Assembly (NCBI GenBank): GCA_944384375.1
Contig: CALWTE010000002.1
Location: 538-64,537 of the forward strand
From: an uncultured Clostridia bacterium
Lineage (GTDB): Bacteria > Bacillota > Clostridia > Christensenellales > UBA1242
Direction: 5' to 3'
DNA length: 64,000 nt
In this document: in pieces, positions 44,157 to 55,400 of the stretch
Layout of the letters: every line of letters starts with the position of its first letter
Position numbering within the stretch: the stretch's first letter is position 1
Notes under the pieces: generated by a model
What the model was told of the DNA's origin: nothing
What the model saw: only the letters and a program-made list of their open reading frames with translations
The model's database searches: none
Made by a program: the position numbers and the translations under genes

Positions 44157-47100
44157 TTACTTACCTAACATAGAATTTAACATATCACTAGGTATGCTAT
44201 ACCCTGATAATTTTTGCTCTATTGATTCACTACCATCAGTTATTGAAAATGTTTCAGTCAAACTACCTGTACAAGTTGCCAAACCGCTCATAACACTGTA
44301 TTCTTCTTTCACTTCTACCTTTTCTAAAACCCCTTCAAAAGTTACGTAATAAGTTAAATTTACATAATTAAAACTTGCATCTTGATTTGATAACTGTTTC
44401 ATTTGTTTTCTATAATTTGCAGTACCTGAATCTGTATTTAAGCCTAATGTGAATTTAAAACCTGTGCTAGTAACTTCCAAATTTGAATATGAAGTTATTG
44501 TTGAACTTGTAATTATATAAGAAGTTAGTGAAGATGGATTACCACCATAGATACCTTCATATCCGCTAAGAGTATTCGTTTGCCAACTATCGCTTCCGTA
44601 ATTTGTGGTAAAATCACTTGATAGCGCTTTTGTTTGGTGGTAATAAACGGTATTAGTATTTACTGAAGGATAATAATATGCAGTTAAAGACACTTTAGGG
44701 TCAACTCCAAACACCTTATCTCCGTAATTTTTATTTAGAATTAAATATTTCCCTGTATTGTCTTTCATTTTTAGTGCATCAACTGACTGCACTCCACCAA
44801 CACCTGCGTCAACCGTACCCGTAGTAGTATTTTTATACCCAGCGGCATCACGCAATTTTTGATAACCATTTTGTACTAACCACAATTCGTACTTGCTAGC
44901 ATCAACAGTAAAGTTGTAATTCGTAGTAGTTGTCTCCACTCTGGAAGCGCATTCGTTTGTAAACGTGCCTTCCACGGTCTCAACACTAGAATTGTTTTCT
45001 GCAATCAATATACCTTGCACTTGATTTTGCCCCGTAAGCCCTTCTATCTTATAATTACCATTGACATCTGTATAAGTAGTCACTCCGCCTGCTGTCATTC
45101 GCATACCATATACGCCCGTACCGTTTACTGTAACCTTACCACTGATAGAGTAAACATACACGTATGAAACATTTACTGTCCTAGACCTAGTAAAGTTAAT
45201 TTCTGCTACAAAGTCTGTCGTGCCGTCGTAAGTAAATTTATAATTATCTTTACTAATGCGGACTTGCATAGTGCCTACTAAATTATTAATAGTGAATGAT
45301 TCTGTGCTGTAAGTTACGGAGTCTTGCTTATTTTCTGCAGTATATTCTACAGTGTAATTTTCTAGTATTGCACCGTCAATATTTATGGTTATATCATAGT
45401 CTAATTCAACTCTAATTGTATCATTAGAGAAGGTGTCCAAAGTAGTTTGATTTGAATTGTAGCCGTCTGCAGTGATTTCAATTTGAACGCCACTAGTTAG
45501 TCCCCTAATTGTGTAGTAATTTGCAGTAGCATTCTTTACTATTTCTGCAGTCGTGTCGCCTGAAATGATTACAATATTATAGTTATCTACATTAAACGTA
45601 TTAGAACCGCTGTGCGCCTGAACTTTTAGTCCGTAAGTTGCGGTAAAGTCTAATGTGGTAGCACCAGTAAATCTATACGTTGTGCCGTAAAACTCATAAC
45701 CACTCAAAGCAAGTGTTATTATACCACTTTGAGTCAAGCCTGTCAAATTGTATACACCGCTAGAGTCTGTCTTAGCAGTAACCCCGTTAGAACTTACTTG
45801 TACATTTTCCAAAGGTTTGCCACCTAAAGTAATCGTACCTGTTACGGTAAATGAATCGGCAGTTATTGTTAAAGATTGATAGCCTTGTACAGTTACAGGG
45901 CTGAACACATAGCCTGCTAAAGTAAAGTTTAGGATAGTGTCTTGTGAAAGTCCTAAAATTGTAAATTCGCCGTTTTCATTTGTGTAAATAGTATTTTCGC
46001 CGTAAGTTATTGCCACATTTGCAAGATTTCCGCCCGAATACCTAACTACACCAGTTACACTATATGAACCAGTGATATCTATTTCGTTGCCTTGTGAATC
46101 TTCTGTAAAGTAGTCATTTGCTAAAATTTCCGAACCGAAATCGTAACCCGTTTTAGTAAATGTGATAATATCGCCTAACTGTAAATTATTTAAAGTAAAC
46201 GAGCCATTTTCTTCAGTTTTTGCAGTAGAATTACCATAACTAATAGTTACGTCGGCAACTGGTTGATTATCAATATTAATTACACCACTAATGGTAAATG
46301 TCAAAATTGCGTTTGATTCATAATTGCTATTTATATCAGCAATTGTATATTCATTGAAGCCGTCTTTTGTAATAGTCAAAGTTACTTTATCAGTTAGCCC
46401 TGAGAACTCAAAAGCGCCTGTTTCGTCTGTCGTAAACTCTTGCTCGCCTACCTTTACAAGTGCACCACTAATAAGTGTTTGCCCACTCATTACTACACCC
46501 TTTACTGTAAAGGTTGCATTAAAGTTAATATCTGCGCGGTCTTTGTCTGCACTAGAAATTTCGTAAGAATCTAGAATTGTATAGCCGTCTTTTATCGCAG
46601 TAATGGTAACTTCGCCCATTAGGAAGGTAAATGCATAATCGCCTAATGCGTCAGTCATAGCGGTTGCACTGAATGAACCGTCAGCATTTGTTGCTCTTAC
46701 CAAAACACCAGATAGCGCCGTATTTCCGCTAGTAACCTTACCACTTACTGAATAACCAGCAGCGCTAAAACTATATTCGCCACCACTACTTATTGTATAT
46801 GATGAAGGATAAAGGGTTGTGTCAGTTTCAGTCTCTAAGTAGTATTCACCACTTAAATCGGTAAAGGAATACCTTCCATCTTCGTCGGTAGTTGTTTCAT
46901 ACTTATCAACTCCGTTGCTTAATACCACTTTTGCATCGCTAAATGGCACTTCTTGTCCTAGGTCGTCTTGATTGATTAACTGACCACTAATTGAATAAGT
47001 AGCGCTAAACTCTAAATATGTTTCGCTAGTAGTGATTGACTGAGTAAAGTTTAGCCCTGTTACTGTAGGGATAATTGTGTTTTGCCCTGTTACATTTAAA

Positions 47101-48851
47101 CTAAACTCGCCGAGTTCGTTTGTCTCAGTAGTTACTTTTTCGCCTAATTCATTGGTTGCGGTAATTGTCGCACCACTAACTGGTAAATCGCCATTAATTA
47201 CAGAACCCGAGATGGTATAGTTTAAGTTAACCACTAAATTAGAGTTGTTTTTGTCCGCAATGATTTCACCACTTGCGTTGTAGCCTTCACTTTCTACATA
47301 AATAGTTACTGGTTCATATAAATGCAATAAGGAATATTGATTTTCAGTTAATTCCACTAAGTCGCCATTGATATAAACTTGTGCTTGTGGTAAGGCGATT
47401 TGTCCACTTACCACACTTAAACTCATATCAAAGTATTTGTTTAGTTTAATTTGTAAATTGTGGTTTTCTAGTGACAAAGTAACTTCTGCCGTCTTATAAC
47501 CGTCAAGGGTAATTGTGCCTGAGTGCGAGCCTATTAGGTTCTCTAAATTGATTGCGCCTAATTCATTAGTTAAATATTCTTGACTGCCTAAAGTTAATTT
47601 TGCGTTTTGCAATGGAGTGTTGTCTTCTAGCACTTGAATCACTGCATCGTAGTACTTTTCGGCATACAAAGTCACATCAAAAACGCTCGTAATAACCAAA
47701 TTATCCAGTTTGTATTCATCACTTATAAAACTTACCACATCGCCTATTTTCACATTAGGCAAACTGAAGTTACCTAAGTAGTCTGTGGTGTAAGTTTTGC
47801 TGTTTACACTTATCTCAAAGTCGTCAACACCTTCTGTACCGTCTAAAATTCGCCCGTTAAGCGTAAAAGTGCCTTGTATTTCTAAGATGCAATTGTCTTT
47901 TGTAATAGTTTCATTAGGGAATTGATAAATTGAATGACTGAAAGTGGCAAATTTGTCACCCCAAACATTAGCAATTGTAAATTGCCCCGTGCTGTCAGTT
48001 TTTGCTGTCTGGTCACCTATTTTTACATTTACATCAGCAATAGGAGTCTGCCCACTCAAAACAACACCCGTTACATCATACAATTCATAAGCGGTAAACT
48101 GTAATTCTTGATTTTCGCGAGTGATTGTTATGTTACTAGGTTCAAAGTGGTATCCGTCAGCCTGTGGAGTAACTACACTGCCTAGCGCGATATCGTTTGC
48201 ACTAAACGTGCCGTCTTGATTTAATGTAAGAGTCGCGTCGCCCACTGTCATTGTTACTTTTGATGCGTCAACACCCACCACACTAGCAACTATATCAGTT
48301 GTACCCGACATTGTAACGTGTGCTGAATCTATATTTACCGTCTTTTCTTCAAACAAGTAGCCGTCTTTTTCTACAACTATTCTGCATTCGCCAGCAACAT
48401 TAGGAATTTCAAAGTAGCCTAAGCCGTCGGTCGTGGCCTTTGCATTAATATTACCCACAGCATAAACAGTAGCGCCTGCTATACCGTAACCGCTAGAATC
48501 CACCCTACCCGTAATGGTGTAGTATTTTTCCGCGATAAAGACCATATTACCCGTTTTACTAGATGCCAGCATTGAACTTGTCTTAAAGTAATAACCTTCG
48601 GCCTGCACAGAAATTTCCACAGTGTTACTCAACCCAAAAAAGGCAAATATACCATTGCTATCTGTCAAAACGCTATTTTCAACTAAGTCTGCCTTGACTT
48701 CAGCATTTTCAATAGGCTCATCTCCGCAAATCACTTGACCATAAACGTCAAAAGACTGGTTGCTCTCGCCACAGCCCACAAAAACAAATGCCGAACAAAA
48801 TATTGCTAATATTAGAATAGAAAATAAACCGATTGATTTAACTTTCTGCAA
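44157..48851 (-). CDS. Giant lipoprotein with more than 10 CarboxypepD_reg/Cna-B-like beta-sandwich repeats plus a distinct C-terminal domain (1564 aa, TTG start)
   Basis: Lipobox FVFVGC. Repeats of the form GxVxxxGxPIxxAxV....TxTDxxGxFxxxNL. GGGGAAAT RBS before the TTG at 48849-48851. Confidence 0.8.
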   Translation of the reverse strand: MQKVKSIGLFSILILAIFCSAFVFVGCGESNQSFDVYGQVICGDEPIENAEVKADLVENSVLTDSNGIFAFFGLSNTVEISVQAEGYYFKTSSMLASSKTGNMVFIAEKYYTITGRVDSSGYGIAGATVYAVGNINAKATTDGLGYFEIPNVAGECRIVVEKDGYLFEEKTVNIDSAHVTMSGTTDIVASVVGVDASKVTMTVGDATLTLNQDGTFSANDIALGSVVTPQADGYHFEPSNITITRENQELQFTAYELYDVTGVVLSGQTPIADVNVKIGDQTAKTDSTGQFTIANVWGDKFATFSHSIYQFPNETITKDNCILEIQGTFTLNGRILDGTEGVDDFEISVNSKTYTTDYLGNFSLPNVKIGDVVSFISDEYKLDNLVITSVFDVTLYAEKYYDAVIQVLEDNTPLQNAKLTLGSQEYLTNELGAINLENLIGSHSGTITLDGYKTAEVTLSLENHNLQIKLNKYFDMSLSVVSGQIALPQAQVYINGDLVELTENQYSLLHLYEPVTIYVESEGYNASGEIIADKNNSNLVVNLNYTISGSVINGDLPVSGATITATNELGEKVTTETNELGEFSLNVTGQNTIIPTVTGLNFTQSITTSETYLEFSATYSISGQLINQDDLGQEVPFSDAKVVLSNGVDKYETTTDEDGRYSFTDLSGEYYLETETDTTLYPSSYTISSGGEYSFSAAGYSVSGKVTSGNTALSGVLVRATNADGSFSATAMTDALGDYAFTFLMGEVTITAIKDGYTILDSYEISSADKDRADINFNATFTVKGVVMSGQTLISGALVKVGEQEFTTDETGAFEFSGLTDKVTLTITKDGFNEYTIADINSNYESNAILTFTISGVINIDNQPVADVTISYGNSTAKTEENGSFTLNNLQLGDIITFTKTGYDFGSEILANDYFTEDSQGNEIDITGSYSVTGVVRYSGGNLANVAITYGENTIYTNENGEFTILGLSQDTILNFTLAGYVFSPVTVQGYQSLTITADSFTVTGTITLGGKPLENVQVSSNGVTAKTDSSGVYNLTGLTQSGIITLALSGYEFYGTTYRFTGATTLDFTATYGLKVQAHSGSNTFNVDNYNIVIISGDTTAEIVKNATANYYTIRGLTSGVQIEITADGYNSNQTTLDTFSNDTIRVELDYDITINIDGAILENYTVEYTAENKQDSVTYSTESFTINNLVGTMQVRISKDNYKFTYDGTTDFVAEINFTRSRTVNVSYVYVYSISGKVTVNGTGVYGMRMTAGGVTTYTDVNGNYKIEGLTGQNQVQGILIAENNSSVETVEGTFTNECASRVETTTTNYNFTVDASKYELWLVQNGYQKLRDAAGYKNTTTGTVDAGVGGVQSVDALKMKDNTGKYLILNKNYGDKVFGVDPKVSLTAYYYPSVNTNTVYYHQTKALSSDFTTNYGSDSWQTNTLSGYEGIYGGNPSSLTSYIITSSTITSYSNLEVTSTGFKFTLGLNTDSGTANYRKQMKQLSNQDASFNYVNLTYYVTFEGVLEKVEVKEEYSVMSGLATCTGSLTETFSITDGSESIEQKLSGYSIPSDMLNSMLGK

Positions 48852-48905
48852 GATATTTCCCCTTTTTAAATTAAAAAATTTTTTACACTCGTTTAATTTT
48901 TGTAT

Positions 48906-48934
48906 ATTTTATCACAAAATTCTCTATATGTAAA
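48906..48934 (-). promoter_or_regulatory. Candidate sigma-A promoter TTTACA-N17-TAAAAT with TG extension
   Basis: On the minus strand, the -35 is the reverse complement of 48929-48934 and the -10 of 48906-48911. It lies about 55 nt upstream of the TTG start. Confidence 0.35.
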
Positions 48935-49049
48935 GATATATGCAAAAGTAGAAAAAATTTGACATTTTAACAAATTTTGCCTAACAAAAATTTTTTTAAA
49001 TACATAGTATTTAACTTTTTTAGATTATCTAAGCAATTTTTTTGTAGTT

Positions 49050-49088
49050 TTTAAAAGAAAAATACGCAAATTAATAACCTTTGCGTAT
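49050..49088 (-). terminator. Intrinsic terminator after lemA
   Basis: Minus strand reads ATACGCAAA-ggttattaa-TTTGCGTAT followed by TTTTCTTTT. It starts 5 nt after the stop. Confidence 0.65.
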
Positions 49089-49092
49089 CTTA

Positions 49093-49632
49093 CTAAAACT
49101 TAAATAATGGCTTAGGAGTGAATTTGCACCATTTTGCAATCAAATTTGAAGGAAATAACTCTAATCTATTATTATAAATATTTGCTACATCGTTATAGAA
49201 ACTGCCTGAAATATTGATTTGCTTTTCTAGTTGTTCTAAATCTTTTTTTAGTTTCAAATAATTCTCGTTAGAAATTAGGCTAGTTTCATTTTGGTATTTT
49301 GCTAGCATACTCTTTATATTGTCGGATAAGATGACTTCGTTTTCCAACTGCTCTTGAATATTTTTGCTTGCTAATGCCAAATTGCGCGCAGTCATTATTT
49401 CTTCCGTTTGATTGTCACTAGTATTTACGCAAGAATTAATAATTTGAATAAAGGCTGGCACTAAATCGCAACGCTTTTTAAATTGCGCATCTAGTCTAGC
49501 AAAACCGTCTTCCGCATTGTTCCTTAAACGCATTAAAATATTATAAGAAGCAACAAATAAAGCGATGCCTATGATTACCATAATAATTACAATAATGCCT
49601 AAAATAACACCTATGATTGCACCAACGCTCAT
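49093..49632 (-). CDS. lemA: LemA family protein
   Basis: N-terminal TM helix followed by YNILMRLRNNAEDGFARLDAQFKKRCDLVP, as in the LemA family. 179 aa. Confidence 0.8.
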   Translation of the reverse strand: MSVGAIIGVILGIIVIIMVIIGIALFVASYNILMRLRNNAEDGFARLDAQFKKRCDLVPAFIQIINSCVNTSDNQTEEIMTARNLALASKNIQEQLENEVILSDNIKSMLAKYQNETSLISNENYLKLKKDLEQLEKQINISGSFYNDVANIYNNRLELFPSNLIAKWCKFTPKPLFKF

Positions 49633-49746
49633 TTTAAAGTCTCCTAAAAATCTTTTTTATATTATTATAACTTTTTTGCCTCTTTTTTTCAACTAAATAT
49701 AGGAAATAAAAAAATAAAAACGTAAAAATTTACGTCTTTATTTGTG

Positions 49747-52401
49747 TTATTTTGACATTGAATCGCTATTTGTATTTGCTGCTTGATACTCAGCAATTAC
49801 TTTTACCAATTCTGCTGCCGATTTGTTGATTTTGTTAATCTCTGCTTTGCTTGCTCCACGTGCTTTCGCTTGCTCGGCTTCTTCTTTAAGTTTAGCAATC
49901 AATTCTTTGATTTTCTTTATGTTGCGAGTACGCTCGGCCTTAGTTGCGTTTGTTGCTTTTTCCATTGTCTTTAAAGTTTTATCAATTTGAGCACGCAGTT
50001 CTTCTTGTTGCTTCTTCAAGCGCTCGTTTTCTGCTTCAATTTGTTGTTGCAAAGCCACCAAATCTTCATTTTCGGCATATTTTTTCTTGTCTTTCTCATC
50101 TACGTCTTTTTCTTTCTTGTCTGCATCTTTTTCTGCTTTTTCTGTGTCAGCCTGTACTTCCTTAGCGCTTTCTTTTGCTTCTTTTAAGTCTTTTTCAGCC
50201 TTTTTGTCTTCTTCCTTATCCGTAGATTGAGATTTAACTTCTTCGTCTTTTAATTTCTTAGCAGGTTTAACCTTTGCAGTCTTCTTTACACTACCCTTTT
50301 CGTTCTTACGTTTAGTTTGCTTTTCTTCCTTAGGTTCTTCGGTTACTTCTTTATTTTCCTCTTTTTCCTCTACAGGAACCTCTTGTTCTTGAGATGTTTC
50401 TTCCGTAGGTTGTGCAGTCTCTGGCTCAACAGGTTGCGCTGGTTCTTCTACAATAGGTTGAGTTTGTTCCACTGGTTGCTCGGCATATTGTTCAACATAA
50501 GGCTGTTCCATAGGTTGCTCTTGCATAGTTGCGTCATAATTTTGAGCGTTCTCGTAACTATAATCTACAGGATTACCATTTTCATCAACATAAGGTTGCT
50601 GGTAAACTGGATTCCCGTTTCCGTCATAGTAAACCTCTTGTTGTGGTTGCTCCATATTTTGAGTTTCAACATAGTTTTCAGGATTTTGTGCATAGTTATC
50701 TGCATAAACAAGGGCTTGCTCTACTGGCGCTTCTTCAACGAATGGAGCATTCATATCTTGTGGTTGCTGGTCTGCATATACTGGCTGCTCGGTTACCTGG
50801 CTAAAGTCTTGAGCCATCTCTGGGTTTACAAAGTTAGCATCTCCACTTGCTGTCTCGGTGTATTGAGGTTCAGTATAAACAGGTTCGCTAGCAGTTTCTG
50901 TAGTTTGTACAGGTGCTAGTTGAGTAGATTCTTGAGCGACATTATCTCTATTACGCTTTTTGTTCCTTTGCTTGTTTAATTGCTGACGTAAGTTGTCTAA
51001 TTCAATATTACGTGCTTCTACCAAAGTATCGCGTTTTTCAATATCGCGTGAGAACTCTTTAACTTTTGCCTTAAGTCTAGCAATAACCATTTCCATTTCG
51101 TGCATTTGCTCTGAATTATCACGAGTGATTCTTTCGTTTAACTCTTGATATACTTTAGTAGCAAATGTGTCGTACTCAGATTTAAGGGCTTCTTCAACTT
51201 CCTTCTTGTTCTCGTCAATAATTTCCTTACGTTTTTGAATTTCAACACGCAAAGCATCGCCTGCGACTTTTTCTTTTGTAAGCATAGTCTCCATATCTTT
51301 TTCTAGAGTGGTACGCTTATTCATTTCTTCAGTCGCTTGACGACGGTTGTAGTTGATTTCTACCCTATTAGTAGTTTCAGCCATTGCCTTATCAAGTCGC
51401 TCTAAGTTTTCCTTAATAGCCTGCAACTTCCTATTACCTTCACGCTCAATATCTTCCATATTGGCTTCTGATTTTTGCAATTGCTTTTCTAAGTCGTCAA
51501 TCTGCTTTTGAATGTCTAGTTTAGATAGTAAGAACTTCTCACTCTCTTGCACGGCTCTTTCCATTAATTGCTCGCCATTGATACCCAAATCGGCAAAGTT
51601 GTAAGGGCTCAAATTTGCTTCGTCCTGTTTAGCCTTTTCAAGTAAGCGTTGCTCCTCCATAGCGCGTTTTTCAAGATACTCGCGCAGTACAGGGATACCT
51701 GCATCAATTTCTTTCTTAGTAAATAGCAATTCATAATCAACGTAATCAGGCATAGCACTAGTTGCCTTGTCAATGTTACGCACGAAAGTGGTAAACAAAT
51801 CATAAAGATTGTGGTTTACAGTTGTGTAGCTAATATGCAAACACATACAGAACAAACTACCAAAAAGCACGCAAATAAACGGAATTATAGCAACTTGCAA
51901 GATTAATGTAAGTGTTAACCCCATATCGCCCGCACTTACTGCAATATTAGCCATTCCCAAAACTAAAGATAGAACAGCCAAAACAATAGTTACATAAGCA
52001 ATTTGCTTCTGCACCATTAAAATTGCACTATTATACAACGGACGTTTTACACAATATTCAACCGTCATATAACGGCTAGGGCTACCTTCTCGCTCTAGCA
52101 TAAACAATTGCCAACGGTCTCTAATACGGCGTGGCAATTTTTTCATTTTTTGGTGGAACTCCACTAAGTTATCATCGTTTACCTTAGGATTATCTTTTAG
52201 GTATTTGTTAATCCTTTTCATTTGGCGCATCGCTCTATTTTCGTAGCACCAAATCAAACGAAATATACTCGCTATAAAAATGGCAGCCATAATACCGACA
52301 AAGACATATAACAAAACATCAAGATTTATAGAGCCTAAAAAACTCTTAAAAAAATCAATCATTGTATCTATGGCGGTATCAGCACCTAAAAATAAAATCA
52401 T
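49747..52401 (-). CDS. Membrane protein (3 TM) with a very long cytoplasmic coiled coil, a P/Q/E/Y-rich region and a K/E-rich C-terminus (884 aa)
   Basis: TM helices near residues 27-50, 135-160 and 165-190. Then heptad-rich sequence, a Q/P/E/Y repeat region and a Lys/Glu helix. No catalytic motif seen. Confidence 0.65.
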   Translation of the reverse strand: MILFLGADTAIDTMIDFFKSFLGSINLDVLLYVFVGIMAAIFIASIFRLIWCYENRAMRQMKRINKYLKDNPKVNDDNLVEFHQKMKKLPRRIRDRWQLFMLEREGSPSRYMTVEYCVKRPLYNSAILMVQKQIAYVTIVLAVLSLVLGMANIAVSAGDMGLTLTLILQVAIIPFICVLFGSLFCMCLHISYTTVNHNLYDLFTTFVRNIDKATSAMPDYVDYELLFTKKEIDAGIPVLREYLEKRAMEEQRLLEKAKQDEANLSPYNFADLGINGEQLMERAVQESEKFLLSKLDIQKQIDDLEKQLQKSEANMEDIEREGNRKLQAIKENLERLDKAMAETTNRVEINYNRRQATEEMNKRTTLEKDMETMLTKEKVAGDALRVEIQKRKEIIDENKKEVEEALKSEYDTFATKVYQELNERITRDNSEQMHEMEMVIARLKAKVKEFSRDIEKRDTLVEARNIELDNLRQQLNKQRNKKRNRDNVAQESTQLAPVQTTETASEPVYTEPQYTETASGDANFVNPEMAQDFSQVTEQPVYADQQPQDMNAPFVEEAPVEQALVYADNYAQNPENYVETQNMEQPQQEVYYDGNGNPVYQQPYVDENGNPVDYSYENAQNYDATMQEQPMEQPYVEQYAEQPVEQTQPIVEEPAQPVEPETAQPTEETSQEQEVPVEEKEENKEVTEEPKEEKQTKRKNEKGSVKKTAKVKPAKKLKDEEVKSQSTDKEEDKKAEKDLKEAKESAKEVQADTEKAEKDADKKEKDVDEKDKKKYAENEDLVALQQQIEAENERLKKQQEELRAQIDKTLKTMEKATNATKAERTRNIKKIKELIAKLKEEAEQAKARGASKAEINKINKSAAELVKVIAEYQAANTNSDSMSK

Positions 52402-52463
52402 AATAAACTCCTATTTTTCACAAAAATTTGTCTATCTTTGTATATTCATTATACAAAACAGAC

Positions 52464-55400
52464 TCATTCATTGTCAATTAATATTAAGCGTTCTTGCAAA
52501 AAAAAGTAAAGAAATTTTTTATTTATTTTGCAATTCAGCGCTCCTTCAACTGCTTTTTGGTAGCAACGCATTTGTGTAAAGTAACTTTTTGCCCTTTGCT
52601 CTACGTTCTTAGTATTGCTCGTTTTATAGTCAAAAATGTATATTTCATTGTTTTTTACAGCAATTAAATCTACTACCCCCTGCACTAAAACTTTGTCGTC
52701 TATACTGGAATTTGTCAATTCTTTTAGCGGAACGTACATTAAAAACTCTTGCTCGCGGAAAAGTCTAGCATTATCTACAAAAGGCTTTAAGTTTTGAATA
52801 GCCGAGTATATCTTGCCACAATCTATCAAATTAAATTCTTCTATGCTTAATTTAGTTTGCAAAAAGTTCGTTACATCCATTACACTTGCTAAATCAAAGT
52901 CAATTAATTGCATTGCTTTATGGTACGCAATACCTACCGCTGTATCTACCTTACCCGTTTGCCCTGAGAAATTTTCCGAAACGTTAAAGTTTTTAGGCTC
53001 GTAGTTTTGGCTAATTTCGGGGTCTTCGTCTTGTCTATTTAGCATTGTTACCGTATTTTTTAGTGCGGTTTTAGTATTCTTGTCAAAATCATACACAAAG
53101 TCGCAATTTTTCGTCAGTATGTCGCAAAATTCGTCATCTTGCTCTACATTAAAGTTATTTTCTTTATTTTCGTCTATTTTTATACTTTTTTCGCACGGAA
53201 AAACTTCAAAATTAATAAAATTTTCGTCATTTATTTTATGGGTTAGATGCTTAATATTTTTTAATTTATCTATTTCATCTTTATTTAAAACGGACAAAAT
53301 TAAATTCATATTGTTGTTTGTAATTTTTAGCGCATAAGGGAGTGTGCTACTAGCAATTTTGTCTAAATTTGTGCTACCAGTAATAAATAAATGATTTTTT
53401 GCCCTAGTCATTGCAACATACAATAAACGCAAGTTTTCGGCAAAACGTTTATTATTTAAGGCAATTTTTATAGCGCTATGAGAGACTGTCTCTTTTTTTA
53501 CACGCATTTCGGTATCATATACATACATACCTACGCCCAGTTCGGAATGAAGTAAAAAGTCTCCGCGCATTTCTTCCATATTAAAACCATGTCCTGTATC
53601 CACTAAAAACACAATAGGATACTCAAGACCTTTACTGTGGTGCATAGTTTCTACACCTACCACACTTACGCCCGTGTTATTCTCAGGAGTTATTTTAGGC
53701 ATAGAGTCATTTTCTTCAACGCTAGCAATATACTCACACAAATCGCCATTAAACCTTTTACCTATAAAACTATTTATGTACCCTTGCACATTCCTTACTC
53801 TATTCTGCCCACCGTCAAAAGCACTGATAATTTCTAGGTAATTTGTCTTATCGCAAAAATCAACTAGCAACTCATAAATTGTCTTATTTACCAAAAACAA
53901 TCTGCCGTCTTCAATCAAAGTTAGCGCGCGTTTTAACTTGTCCCCTATATTATCATATATATTATAGTTAATTATACAGTCATAAAAAGTTTCGCTCTCA
54001 GGCGAGTTTAGACGAATACGGGATAGTTCGTCTTCATTTAAATTAATAATAGGCGAAATCAAAAATTCTGTTAATTTAATATCATCTGTTTTATTATTAA
54101 CTAAATATAGATAGGTGTATAGTAAGTTTACTTCATACTCACCAAAAACGGTTTCGCGCTCAATAGGTGCAAGTGGCAAGCCTAAATCGGTGAGTTCTTT
54201 TAGTAAAATATCCAAATAATCACTACGTGTGCGAGCAAGCAAAGTAATATCGTCTAGCCTTATATCTCTAAATTTGCCTGATTTTGCGTCATAAATTTGT
54301 TTCTGCTCGTGCAACAACTGTGCAATTTTAGAAAAAATGATGTTGGCTTCCGTTTTTGCATAACTTTTTTCTTCGTCTTCTAGAACAGGTGCTGTACTTA
54401 CCTTGTAACTCTCAGTAGGTATTATTTGCTGTTTTTCTTCCTTTTCCTGCTCCACGATTAGCACTTCTACCGAAGGAAGCGAATTTTGGCTAGATTTGAA
54501 CTCCCTACCCGAAACCATTTTGTTATCGGGCAAATAATCAATTCCGCCTAGTCTTTTAGTCATTAGCACACCGAATACTAGGTTTACTACGTCTAAGATT
54601 TTTTGGTCAGTACGATAATTTTCGTTTAATGGTAAGGAAATTGCACTCTCTAGACTACTATCGGCGAATTTAGTCTGCTTGTCCAAAAAAATCTGCGGAT
54701 TTGTATTCCTAAAACCATAAATACTTTGCTTTACGTCGCCCACCAAAAACAAGTCTTTAATCTGGTGAATTTTATTTATAATGCCTTCTTGAATGTCGTT
54801 AATATCTTGATACTCATCTACATAAATTTGTTTGTATTTTTCACGCACTTCGGCTTGAACTTGCGGATTACATAAAATTTGATACGCGTAATGCTCTAAG
54901 TCAGAAAAGTCTAAAATATTGTTGTCTTTCTTTAATTTGCTATACTTTTTTGTAAACTTTTCAACAAGGTTAAACATTGCAAACACGACGTTTTTACTCG
55001 CCTGCAAGTCTTTGCTGATTTCGTTTAAATCACTACTTAAATAAACATTATCACGCAACTTTGCTAGCACTTTGCTAAAACTCGTCTTTAGTACGCTAGC
55101 GTCTTCTTTAAGTTCTAAACACTCGGCATCGTCAGTTCTAACAGACAAAGTGCTTAAATTTAAATTAAACACTAAATAATGATTTTGTGAAAACGTGTTT
55201 TTTGTACTAATCTTGCTTAATTCTGTGATATACTCGCTTAATTTTTCGCTTAAAGCATCAAAGCCTAAAAAGTCGGCTTCTTGCTTTAAATCAGCAAAAC
55301 TCTGCGTAAAATAGTCAAAAACTTCGCATACATACCTGTTTATTACGTCTGTATATGCATTTGTATCAATAGTCCCTAAATATGCATTATTTACTCTATT

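Noticed and set aside
39851-48851. Diversity-generating retroelement or phase-variable inverton acting on the giant surface proteins
   Set aside because: No reverse transcriptase, invertase or recombinase gene is in the window. I found no template/variable repeat pair and no inverted repeats flanking the candidate promoter.
49747-52401. ZorA/MotA-ExbB-like proton-channel protein with a long coiled-coil tail (defence system Zorya)
   Set aside because: The topology is superficially similar, but TM2-TM3 lack the MotA/ExbB/TolQ signature (no GLLGT-type motif). No MotB/ZorB-like OmpA or PG-binding partner is adjacent; the neighbour is LemA. No ZorC or ZorD helicase or nuclease genes are present.
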